A DNA stretch of 64,000 bases from Antedon mediterranea (lineage: Eukaryota; Animalia; Echinodermata). Position 1 is the stretch's first letter; every line of letters starts with the position of its first letter. A model generated the notes under the pieces. The model had not been told where the DNA came from and ran no database searches. It was given only the letters and a program-made list of their open reading frames with translations. Below, one piece after another: positions 39,863 to 52,572 of the stretch. The DNA lies in the NCBI RefSeq assembly GCF_964355755.1, contig NC_092675.1:7931812-7995811 (forward strand), given 5' to 3'. The position numbers and the translations under genes were made by a program.

Positions 39863-41537
39863 TTAAGTGCAGAATTTGCATGTCTTCCAGCAGTCATAGA
39901 TCAAATTAACGTACGCCTCTTGATCGCATTTTCCAGCAATAGCTGAACAGTCCACCCCTGGTGTATCGGAGCAACTAATATCTACAAACAACACGTAAAA
40001 AAAGTATAAGAAAATATGTTGCCGTGTTTAATAAGTATATATTTGGTATACAGGCTAATATGGTGGTACGAACATACAGCGTGTATTCATTCAAATGACT
40101 GGAGATGTTGAAAGTCAATGGAGGAAAAGATTTCATGAACAATCTGTGCTTTTCCTTTATTAGTTTTTAAAGATGTATTGTCCCCCTGAAAAAAATAGTT
40201 ATTAAAAAATGTTCTGTTGAATATGCCATTTTAATGTTATATAATAGTTATCCACTTTGACCAAAAATTAGATCGAAAAAAATGTATTTACCTGAAAAAA
40301 TTTAAAGCAAAAAAATAAATGAATTTTTGGTTGAATTTAACCATTTATTTGTCATTTTATAAGTGAAAAACAATGTTTTTTGGGGTTTTTTTTCTACTGA
40401 AGTGATTAACTTTATTGAAACTACGAACTAACCTATTCAAAGTCTGATAATTAATCCTCATTTTTTATGTTTTTGTAGGACAATACATCTTTAAGTATTA
40501 TTTATTTTACTAATTTATATATTCAATATGTGTATATTTACTGGATTGGACCACGTCATCAGTAGCTTACTTACCAGCATCGTTGACTCCAGCGCAGTAT
40601 GCCTGTGGAAAAATCAGGATATTATAAATACTGTACTGATTTAAACAATGTTATTATACGCTAAAATCACGCATTATTGTTATAGTTGTTTTAGAGTAAT
40701 ATTAGGCCTAAACGTAATTCTCAGCTAACACAGAACGTAAAAAGAGATGTGATCACCAGTACGTCGTTCGTCTTTTATGTGACCACCACCTAATTCCTGC
40801 TGATTCATTCAAGTCGCTTTTTTGTCAGTAAAGGCGAAGGCTAATTACAGCTCTCTGGGTGCAGCATATACCCAGACTATTAAACTAGTAAAGGCGAAGG
40901 CTAATTACAGCTCTCTGGGCGCAGCATATACCCAGACTATTAAACTAGTAAAAGCGAAGGCTAATTACAGCTCTCTGGGCGCAGCATATACACAGACTAT
41001 TAAACTAGATTTCTAAAATTACAATAGATATACAGTAGTTGACTTTGGTCTATTTCGGATCTAGTGACGGTCCTAAAGTACTACAACAAGGTAGGCCTAC
41101 TCAGTATCCATGCTCCACGTTGTCTATTTCGGATCTAGTGACGGTCCTACAGTACTACAATACGGTATGCCTACTCAAGTCAAGTCAAGTCAAGTCAAGT
41201 ATCATTTATTATCATTTGTTTTAGGAAAAACATAGAATTCTGTTTGCTCTGTTGGCGGAGCACAATATCCAACGGACACAACACGAACTCAAAAACAAAA
41301 ACATTACAAAAAAAAAAGTCTACATCATATTTAAGGCTCTAATAGATCCTGGAAAGAAACTATTTGTACTCAGTATTCATGCTCCACGTTATCATTATTA
41401 TTATTATTATTGGTGGGTGAGTGGTTGGAGGGGGTGGGGGGGAGCTGATTAATTATAATTTAAAAACATACACTTACCATTTGAATTATGCAAAGTGCAA
41501 TCATTCCAACTAAGATAAATGCTAACGTCTTTGACAT
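39863..41537 (-). CDS. Secreted single-ShK-domain peptide (ShK gene E), 68 aa
   Basis: Exons 41537-41478 (MSKTLAFILVGMIALCIIQM), 40602-40575 (AYCAGVNDA) and 39981-39863 (DISCSDTPGVDCSAIAGKCDQEAYVNLIYDCWKTCKFCT*). A donor sits 5 nt after the stop and a likely 3'UTR exon starts at 39296. Confidence 0.9.
40827..41009. repeat. 60-bp tandem repeat, 3 copies, in intron 1 of ShK gene E
   Basis: agtaaaggcgaaggctaattacagctctctggg...actattaaact is repeated with period 60. Confidence 0.95.
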
Positions 41538-41621
41538 CGTGAAGTGAAAGTATCTTGTGATCTACTGGTTGTCTTGCAAAAGTTCTTTCAGAAGGGTGGT
41601 GTGTTTGCTCTGAAATCCGTA

Positions 41622-41674
41622 CTTATATAAGGTTGGAAGTTGTCATAAAAGTAATAATCGTGTGTTCTCATTGG
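41622..41674 (-). promoter_or_regulatory. TATA + CCAAT promoter of ShK gene E
   Basis: cttatataa at 41622 and ttctcattgg at 41665-41674. Confidence 0.65.
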
Positions 41675-42149
41675 TTACATTAAATCAAAGTAAGGGAGTA
41701 AGTCCGATTATTACCATAATGACCGCATTAGCTAATCTTGTTTTCTCTCAATAATTCACCAAAACCATCTACTTAATTTGTTATTACTTCTCCCCGGGAA
41801 TAAAAAAAATCACACGTAGACTTACATATTCACAACAACCAACCGCCCAGGATGAGTAGGGACATTTGATCTCAAATACAAACTGTTTTATCAAAGTTGT
41901 GTCCCACTTTTTTTAGCCGTGCGGCGTCTGAGCCTCTCCTTTTTAGAATTATTTAATAATGTTTTACTCTGCATAATTATGATATATATCAGGTGGTTGG
42001 ATGCATAAAACAAACTATGTGTGATGTAACAATGATACAAGATACAAAAGAAAAGTTTATTTATTAAAACCTATTGTTTAATTTTTATAACATTTTAAAA
42101 TACACGATGGATTTGGCGAAATTTGCATTTATTTTCTGGCAATCTTAAA

Positions 42150-45100
42150 ATGGCAGCGCCCATGAAACAAATGAAGTCGTTGGTGTTATGCGCTATCGCC
42201 CAATATTCTAGGACAATATTGACTTTCCGTTCGAGGTTATTGAATTATGATAATTTATTATCTAGTTTTTATTTTTTAATGGTGTATTTTACATTCAGTA
42301 AAGTATATAAACTGGTTTGTTAAGCTAGGCCTAGCTAGGCTAGTATAGTAGTAGTTAGTTAGGACTGCAAATGAAGGGTACCCGCTTGGACGCGCCGGCA
42401 CCGCCGTTGGAGATCGGTTCCACTGTACACTCTCGTTTAGGCTAGACCTAGCGCATGAATGCTTTAAATCAATCAGTATTTGTTTTATTTAGAGTCGATT
42501 AATTATCACAGATACAGTACATTACTATTGTCAAGTATTGTCCATACCATACTAGGCCTATGATAGGCCAGGCCTGGCCCTCTAGCTAGACTAACTCTAG
42601 TTTAGGCTAGAGTAGAGTTATGCCTTTTTTAGTTACGGCCTCATTCCAAACAAACCCGTTTTCCGGACTGATGATGAACAAGAGACATCATTTCATAATT
42701 CTCATTTCATAATTTAGAAACCTAGGCAGGGAGGTATTTTGTATACCCTCTGGATACTATTACTGATGACTACTTCTTATTTTTTACATTGATGCTGTGA
42801 TTATTATATGATGTGAATATCTCTGTGAACATATTTGAACTAACTCATTTTTTTGTTTTGTTTCAGGCACGCTTTACAAAACAATGCATATTTTAGTTTA
42901 TCACATGGGAATCACAGGCGCATAACAGATGCAACAATTTTATCAAGTATAATTCCAACAAAATTGAAAAGACCTGGAAACAGTTACGGCCTTTTCTTGG
43001 CTGATGTTCGAGCACAACTGACAGCCGAACACTCTGGTTAGCGAATGTTTTAGTTTTCAATGACAATCAAATAATAACCAATACAATTTAATGTTGTTTT
43101 TAAAATCTGATATTATTTTCTGTTGTGTCATTTGTTTCTCAGTAACTGTATCTAAATTCAGTATCATACAAAAATTCTTTAATACAGCAAATACACAGAC
43201 TAGTAGCATAAAACCATAATCTTTTAACCCTTTTTTTGTAGATAAATCTTTTAAAGAAATTTCCCAAATGTTAGGTAACATGTGGAAGGAACTGCCTGAA
43301 CCAGAGAAAGAAGTAAGTGGATTACACTATTATTTTTTACAATTACCATAAATCCTCGTGTATAATCCCACCTCTGGTTTAATCCCACCTCTGGTTTAAT
43401 CCCACCCCTACAGTACTTTAATCCCACCCCTACTTTATTTAAAAAAAATTGACATAACTTAAACATTTTCCACTGCTCGATAGCATTAAGCACATCTCCA
43501 AATGAGAGGTAAAATTATAAATTTGGATCATCTATGGTCATCCTTGCTGACCAGTAATGGTTTATTATTCCTAGTGGTCAAATAAAAATGATTCATCATG
43601 AGGAACAATTACCATTAGTAGAGTCATTATATTCTTCACACTCCTTATTAGGAGTTATTAAATAGAGTAAATATTTTGAATTATGATTGGGTTATTTCAA
43701 CTTCATCAATCACTTTTTAAACTCCCAATATAAACCCAAAATTCCAGCTAAGATTATTCCAGTGTGATATTAAAGAATGTCACGTTCCATCGGTATTACT
43801 GTTTATTCCCAAATCCCAATGGTCATTATGATTGCGCACACCATCATTATACTTGCTTAAATTACTTGTATAATTAGCCAACCTGTTAATCAACCCTCAT
43901 TGAGTGCACTTAAGGTTAGTCATTTGGTAGGTTTTTACTGCTATGCATAAGTTCAAGTGTGCATGTGTCAATTGTGTAACATTAGTAGTTATTTATACAT
44001 GAAATTAGGAATTGACAATTGATAACGAATTACATTAAGGAAATTTGATATTTAGTAGTAAAATAGCCTTAATCTCTGTCTACACAATCAAACTTTATAT
44101 TTTATATGACAAAAAATGTGATGTGCTCTTATATACAGTAGAAATGATGATGTCATATCACTACCATATTTTAACATATCACTACCATATTTGGGTATGT
44201 CACACTTTTCTTGTCAAACTAGATTGATAGTGTAGACAGAGCTTTATAAAATTGTGTTTAAAAATGACAGTGTTTCTGTAAATTGTGACTGTAAATATGG
44301 TCACAGATTTTTTGCTCAGTTTCAAACGGTCCAAAATTCTTACCTATAATGAAATTATAATCGAAAAACCACACTTCTTTTGATTGTCCTGCCATTTTGT
44401 CAGCTATGGTGTAGGTAACTGACTACAAAACAATACAAATGGAAAAATGTTTTAAAAACAAAATTAAACTTATCAAGGACACTGGCAAATATAACTAACA
44501 GTATATTCAAAGACTATTACAAATAATTTAGTGGCAAAATGAATGGGTATTTTGTATACCAACACTACTTTAAGATCTTTATTTCACAATTTAAAAAAAG
44601 TTTACGTTACGTTAAAATTTTAGATTATATCAAGTAATTGGTCCTTGACATTTTGATATGAAAGCTGTAAATGCATCTACCATTATTAGCATGCTGAGAT
44701 GAGCCCCACTTTTTTTTTCTTCTTTTTTACAATTGACCAACAGCTTTATGTCCCATCTAAAGTGTGAACAAAATCTTTGTTCTTTCTAGCAATACAGAGA
44801 ACGTGCAGAAAAAATTAGATCAGAATTCAAACAACAGTTTGAATATTATAAAGCAAATTTAACAGAAAATCACATCAGAGTTTTACTTGAGATGGAGAGG
44901 ACAAAACTCAGACGACGAAAACTGAGGAAGGGTAAACAGGTAATGCTATATATTTTGTTCATAATTACATATTCAATCAAGGAGTAGAGTTAATCTCTCC
45001 GTAGGCCTAAGTCATACGTTGACAGGAATTTCCTGATATTTCAGCTAATCCTCCCGCCCCCCACTAAAATACAATTTCTCCCGATTGTTTTATAGTATTT

Positions 45101-47227
45101 ATGTTGTTAACCTGAAATGTGCCTAATTATACCCACACTGTTTACACTGGCACTGACATATTCTTGAAATTAGCCATTCAAAATCAAAAGTGTATTTTAT
45201 TTCACAAACTCGCTCCCTTAATGACCTGCAGTGACCTTTTCGCAGCATATTCAAGATTAAAGTATGATTTAATGACTTCTGTAGTAATCTAAAGATGCTG
45301 ATAAACTTCTAAGAAAAAGAGAATATACATCACAAAAATATGAAAAAGATCAGGCCGCCTGTTGTCTTTCACACCTACACTCACACACGCTGTCGGCCCT
45401 TGGTCGTTGACGTTATTGACTGAATTCTTGCGTCATATATACACATTTTTACTTTTATCTAACCTCATTGTGCTTAGATAAACTTGACACAGTCAGTTGG
45501 TTTTCTTTAATTGTGACATTTTACATCTTCATATTACTGAACATCAGTTAATATTTGTTTGTACTTTAAGTATTAAATTGTTTTTCTTAAATATTTTTTT
45601 TGGTTTCCAAGAGCTATCTGCTCTCTCATTTCATTGTTTTTTTAAAAATGTATTTAGCTAAGAGTTCATGTGTGTTTATGCATATTTTTCTTGTTTTACA
45701 TATTTGTTTAGTTAAGTTTGTGAGTTTGTAACTTTTTATTTACGAACGCACCAATTGTCATTGATTAAGTGCCACCGATCTAAAGGTGTAAATTCAAATA
45801 TATAAGTATAATATTACATTGGGTCATATTACATTTCATCATATTACATAGCGCCTCCTATTACTTCGCACAATACATTAGATCTTGCTTATTACCATAT
45901 GCTGCTTTTCAAAATTCAAATTCAATCAAAAATTCATTTCACCCCAGGTGATTAGATGAAAAACAGACAGAACTTTATTTTACAGGAAATGAAAGAATTA
46001 GACAAACCAAAGCGGTTCTCTGGACCGTTTGCTTTTTACGCGCGAGCTAAACTGTCGGAGCTGAAAGCCGAAGGTGCAATAATCAGAAAAGTAAGTTTTA
46101 AGTCATTTTTCTTTATTAAATATAATTGAATGAATTTATCATTAGTTCTCGGGGCTCAAATTTATCAAACATGCATAGCAAAAAATCTTCTTTTAAATCA
46201 AATGATTTTGCTTAAGTCAGTTTTCAAAATAACCTAAGCAAAAATGTATTTTTAGGTATAGTATTTAAAAAAAGTCTGTTTATAAGATTAATATTTACGT
46301 TTTTTACTCACCATGTAAATAAAATAGATGGCAGTATAACATGTTTAAGTACTTTGCAGATACTGTATAGCACTTAGCTTTTAAAAATTCACAGGAATAA
46401 CAGAAATTCTAAAGCATGTGTATTTGTGTATTACTATAGATGGCAGTATTGTTATTATTATTTCTGGTTGTGTTTACAGAAGACATTTTTGTATTTTATT
46501 TTAGGCTCCTTTAGCTGATGTTAGCCTTGATTGGAATGTAATGGATGAAGAAGACAAATATGTAAGTACAATTTGTGCAGTGACTTAAAGGGTAATGGGA
46601 TGGGACATTTAGCTGGTGGTCTTACATTCATGAATACACATGTAAACATCAAAGTGGCATAGTGAAGAACTATTTGATAAGATGGATTGTTTCCCAGTTT
46701 TCCAGTCTACAGTGGTGACCTACGATTTTGCATTAGGGGAAGCCCAGGGCCCAAAAGTAGTGAAATGTAGTGCTAAACTTAATTTGATGTCCTATCTTTT
46801 GCATTTCAATTTGCGCAATTTAGAGGGGGCCCGGGCCGACAGGCACCCCCACCCCCACCTTGATTCTTCTCCTAGGTCGTGGTAGCTCTTTAGTATTTTC
46901 CATTATCCACATATTTCAGTATCCTATATACACCACAGGCACAGAATAAATCTAAACCACCTGGTGATATACTGAAATGGAATTAATTAATTTGAAACGA
47001 TAAGATGAGGAAATCTGTCATATATATTTTGTTTTAATTATGCTGTTTAGGTTTATAAAGAGCTTGCAAAGGAAGATATGGTAAGGTACCGCAAAGAGAT
47101 GGATGAATGGGAGCAAAGAATGGAAGCAGAGGGGAGATACGATTTATTACGCAAAAAAAAAGCACATCGTAAAGAACAGGAAAATGATACTGATAAAAAT
47201 GATTCTGAACATGATGATACTACATGA
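42150..47227 (+). CDS. TFAM: Mitochondrial transcription factor A, 271 aa, 7 exons
   Basis: Exons 42150-42235, 42867-43036, 43242-43312, 44790-44939, 45986-46090, 46505-46561 and 47051-47227. The product has a basic presequence-like N-terminus (MAAPMKQ...), HMG box 1 (KRPGNSYGLF...MWKELPEPEKEQY), a basic linker and HMG box 2 (KPKRFSGPFAFY...EDMVRYRKEMDEWEQRMEAEGRYDLLR). Intron positions parallel vertebrate TFAM. Confidence 0.93.
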
Positions 47228-48273
47228 CATGTAGATAAAAGGAATGCTTTGATATAGTACTAATGAATTGATTTTAACTATACTACAACATGATGATGTA
47301 CAGGGAGTAACAAACCAGTGTGTTGATTATGTGCATTGTAAAAACACTGTGCTGAAACAATGATAGTCATGAGCAAGACAATTGGGTTACGTTCTGGTTA
47401 TGTAATGGGTCAACAGTGTTTGTGTCCTGAAGCGTGTTTTGAAAAGGTCCAGAATGAAACAATTTGATGGTGCTAAATGTTTCCCGACAAGATGGTGTTT
47501 GATATCAGCCTTTACTATTACATTCTTATTTATGAGAATAGAGAATATTGGAAACTGCAATGAATGAAACGTATTGTGTGGTCTACTATGTGGAAAAATA
47601 ACATAATGTTATTGAGAAACAGTCTTTTGCATTGTATAAAGATGACGTCTGCTCTGTACTAGCTGATTCGGCTTGATATCCAGTTTGGCACATATGGCGT
47701 GTCATACCTATACTTGAGACGTAAAAATCAAAACGACCACTGGTGGCGATACGTAAAAGAAACTATCACTTCGTGCGTATATTTCTAAGTCTAATGAAAT
47801 TACAACAACATATAAAGATGGTTAATCATACTCAATCAGTGATTTCTTTTAAAATATATTGTGGATGAAAATACAATAATTTTATACAAAATATCCTGTT
47901 TTGTGTTTTATATCGATTGACGTAGATTTCTGTGTAAAGATAATATTAAAGTATGCAGTACACATTTTTATTTCAGTAAAACAGTACAAATTAAATACAC
48001 ATAATGTAAATACCTTTTACGCTATGACAAAAATATCAAATTCTTTAATATAAAAGTACAGACCTACAACAAATATTCCAAATAAAAATTCTAAAAGAAA
48101 ACATAACGTGTTTACGTGCAGTGCAATTGGACCTATTTGTATCAAGGTATCTTCATTTTAAGAATCACATAAATCAACATTTAGTCTTTATTGAAGTTAA
48201 AAAAGTACACTGCGAAAAAGAAGTTTACAAATTTCAAATGCATGACAGAGATGTTGTTAAATGATTTAGTTTT

Positions 48274-50837
48274 TTACATTTCTGGCAAATTATATCCAAA
48301 CAATAAAAAATCAGGTTCATATATTCGGTACAGTTGTGCTATAGATTCTCTTGTCAAAGATGAGTAATATGTTTTGATTCGAAGTTTTTCACTAGCTGGG
48401 TCCGTGAAAGCCTTATGGTAATATGCCTTACCCCATATACCTATTTTCATTAAAACATATTTTATGTCATCGTTCGCGTCTTCTAGTTTACCAATATAAT
48501 CAAAATCGATTTCACACGGACAGTTTTGTATATGTATCGGTGTCCAATGGACATTGGCGGTGTAGTGACCATCGGTCAAGTAATCAACAAATTCCTGGAA
48601 AGAAACATCAGTTCCGTCTATTTCGGACACGTTAAATCTAGATTTCCTATACTTTTTGATTATCGTTCTACCAATACTATTAAAAGACGGAAAATGATGA
48701 TCCACAAACTTATCTTTATAAGCAGAAAGTATTCGAGAAAATGGATTTCGAACAAATATAAATTTAGTGTAGTTATGTAGACGCTCAATAACCTCCTTGT
48801 TTGTTAACTTTCCTGTCCATTTTAAAGCGTTATGTTTGTATAACTGTTGGTTTGGTACATTTTTATAGCCGGCCATTTCTACAATTATGCGTTCCCAGTT
48901 CGTAGAACCAACTTTATATGCGATACTGTAAAGAAATCTATTCTGGTCGTTTACAATAAGCGCCCTCAATTGTTGTCTGGGTTTCTCTGCAAGTGTTTTA
49001 ATCTTGACACGATATCGGTTGTAACGATTTCCACAAATACCAGTCAGTAGTTGTTTTCTTACAAGCATCTTTTCGTCCATTAAACTCATCCATTTATCAG
49101 CGTCTATTTCCTGTTATAGAATGAAGTTAAAATTGAGTATTTTTTTAATAGGCCTAATGACAGAGTGTCAATTATTGTAAAATAGTCCTAGGTCAAAAGT
49201 GATTTAGAAATTATACACCATTATGTTAGTGAATCCAGGCTTGTCCTCACTAGCACGCAAGCTTGACCAATCACGACGCGACGGATCATCATCCTTCGCA
49301 TGCGCTTTGTCATAGTGTGAACCAAACTTTCGATCAAAGCTATGACGTACGTACGCTCAATGAAAGTACAAACAAGAACTGTTGCCAGATTATTTTATTT
49401 ATTAATTTCTGCAACAGCTGAACACATTATAGACTTTAAATGTAACAAGAAGTAGCAAAAGCGGCCGGGGGCCCACTGTCGCCATAAGGGGTAATTGTCG
49501 CTTGTGATTGGCCAAATCATTCGCGTTGCACCTTGTCCTAGTTGCAACCTAGTGAGAACCAAGCATAAAATCTTCCGGAACTGTTTCCTCGGTGAATCTT
49601 TTCTATCTGTGAAATCCAAGGAAGCTCTCATGGCTTGAATTATTTCCTGTAGGCCTACCAGCAGCAATAGTAAAACATGAATAAATTTATATTTATTTTT
49701 CTGTTTATGACCTTGCAATAATGTAACTATATGCCTTCATGCCATCTTGTAAATTCATATGTTAAGCTTACTATTGTTTTATTAGACATAGATCATAAAT
49801 CTCAGAAAAGGCTCAATCCTGGGGCATTGCTAACTTTCTAATGTATTTATAAAGCGTCTTGAGCACCTTTGGTGGCGCGGCAAGTGCGCATTATATATTA
49901 TATTAAAGCTAGGACGTAAACGCAACACGGTATTTTGACCAATCACAAGGGATGGATTATTCGAACTTTCACTTGTCCTTAGTAAACGTAACTCGCTTGC
50001 GTTGTGCACTTAATTTACATCGTTGCGTTGTATCCTAGTGGGAACCAAGCTTTAATGCAACGTTTTATGCGGAATTCGAAATGAGTTATAGTTATTCTCT
50101 AACATTCGCACCTATTTTTTTTACCATTTTGTCGAAGTTGTAATAGTTACCGTACCGTACATTTTTACACCTATTTTTAGACCCTCGATTTATAACTTAG
50201 GTCCTGTTTTATCGATCACCTTCCTATACACTAGCTTTCTTACCGTCGTTGTACTATTAACAAACTGTGTTTTTCTCTGTCGATCAAAACGATCTGAACT
50301 ACCAATATGTTCTCGGAAATCCGGCGGAGGCTGCCTCTCCTCAATATACTTGTTTCGTTGAGCGTTTACCTGAATTCGTCCGAACAAGAAGTCTTTTCCT
50401 GTAATAATAGCAACAATGTAGCTTTATGTGGGATTATGACTAAATCTACTTAAGCACGTACTTAAATAATAATGGTTGGTGTTGATTTTCATGTTGTCCG
50501 TGTATATTATTTTTAGGGATGCAAAAGGTTTCATATAAAAGTACCTGATAAAACCGTGTGGTCAACATCAACACTAACTTTTTTACGTTCGGAGGAGTGG
50601 TGGTAAGGCGTTATTCTGAACCCTGCGTTGTGCCAATTAAATAATAAATAATACAAAATAGGCCTTTATAATGTGACATGTGTTATTATTTAATTAACTA
50701 GTAACGGATACAATTAAGCAACACGCCTTACTGTTATATATGACGTAGGCCAAACTTGAAAATATTCCAATGGCGTATACAGCTAATGTTCCAAAGACAA
50801 CAATGACGATAAGACGTCTTAGTCGTATCCTCGGCAT
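48274..50837 (-). CDS. Golgi carbohydrate sulfotransferase, HNK-1ST / CHST8-14 family (CHST11-like), about 365 aa
   Basis: Exons 50837-50732 (MPRIRLRR plus a type II transmembrane segment), 50398-50244 (stem) and 49110-48274 (catalytic). Motifs include 5'-PSB KVGSTNW, 3'-PB FVRNPFSRILSAY, HWTP...CPC.IDFDYIGKLE and LYRIYEPDFLLFGY. Confidence 0.9.
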
Positions 50838-52572
50838 ATCTACGTAAATAGTACTGTAGGTAAAATATTGTCTTGTTTATCTAGAAGTTGTTGCTCTTTT
50901 AATGTCTAGTAATGATTAACAAACACAATACATTACAGAAGTAATCATGTAGGACTGTCTGTCGTACTGATATCCCATCATTCAAGTTTCAAAACGTATG
51001 TTTCTGTGCAATGAGTGTATTAAATATAAAGTAGAACCCGAGGGGACAACTTCCGGACCCAACAAAGTACATAGGAGTGTCCCCTAAACATTGTGTTATC
51101 CTCACGGGGTGGTGTTAGAACTGATCAGTGTGTCTCAAAGGAGGGATCTACTCTACCTCTGCAATGTGTTTCAAAACCCTTTCCATTGTTTAACTCCCCA
51201 GTGGGTTACGGTGCGGTACATAACTTTCAACATCGAGTACATTACATAAATCAAAAGGACCAAAACAAGAAAAGAGTAACATAATTTGCACACAGGGGGG
51301 TTATAGTTTTACTTTTGAATGTTTATGAGTTTTTTCTAAATCATTTCCTTGTTATCGTATTATATTATATTAGGTTTAATGTTTGTGATAGTAATACTCA
51401 TTTTCAAAATTCGTTAATTGCTCAAACATGACGTGCGCAAAAAAAAGACAAAAGTTGAACGTGTACTACTATACTTCATAATTTGAATACAGCTAGCGAA
51501 AAATAAAATAGTGAAAATACCATTGTTAGTTTGTTAAGCATCTATTTATTGTAGTTGATTGCATTGCATTGTTTTTTAACCATAATTAACATAGTCGAAC
51601 ATCATTTACGTCGCCTTAAATAATACTTAATTGAAAAATACGCGATATAAACACACAAATGATTTTATTTTATTATTTATTATTAGTATACATTGCTGTT
51701 GTAATACTAATTAGGCGAGATCCTAGATATGGGAGCATCATTGGTAAAACACGTGGAAATAGTTATATTGATTTATTGACGATAACAATGATAGTAATAT
51801 GAATTAACGGCAAGATATGGATTTAATATTATAATTGCATCGCAGTCTACAAATAAGACAACAACGACTAACCCATTACACGGTAACTATTTCATTACAG
51901 ATAGCACATCGATTGTCTGTTTAAAACTTGGAGTCTAAATAGGACATTTTCTTATTTTCATAATCGTATTTAATGTCAATGTTTCAAGATGCCATAATTT
52001 AAAAACAAAGACATAAATAGTATTAAATAGTGAAATATTATTTATAAAATTATTTAGATTTTAACGGACGAAATCAAATATGTTTTGGTTTGCGCAGATT
52101 GGTATGGCTAAATAACGTACAGTAGTACTGTACCTCTATAATAGATAATGTCGTATTGACAAGCTTTGTAGCCTACAACCCGTTGGAGCAAGGCAAGAAA
52201 TGACTTCAACGGATCTCTGCAAGGGTAGCTACAACTATCGTGTACATACTAAAGGTAATTGCAAAAAAAAATCTGGAAAATGTGTTTGGATTCGATATCG
52301 GTTCAAGGCTTACCTTAAATGCTCTAGTTAATGTTTATATCTTCATATATATTCAGTATTATGATATTAGTCATAATGCCCTTAAAAGTAGTGTTAGCGT
52401 TGCTGTTTCTACCTGTCTACAACGCTACGTTAATTTAGCACAATATAGTAAAGTGTCAACAGTGTCCATTGTTAGAATTTTAGGCACGACAATAGATATA
52501 ATAAAGCCCAACGTCAAGCTTAAATGAGTTATAATAAAAATGTAAACTATTGAAAGTCGAGCGCATGCGTAG

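Noticed and set aside
40822-41016. ORF with a three-fold repeated peptide
   Set aside because: A by-product of a 60-bp intronic tandem repeat on the opposite strand to gene E, with no real ATG.
49395-49718. 107-aa ORF or extra sulfotransferase exon
   Set aside because: It runs into MITE family 1 sequence and has no clear donor. The sulfotransferase model is complete and in frame without it.
48274-50837. Functional link between the sulfotransferase or TRIM gene and the ShK array
   Set aside because: Only proximity supports it. This enzyme family acts on glycans, and TFAM lies in between.
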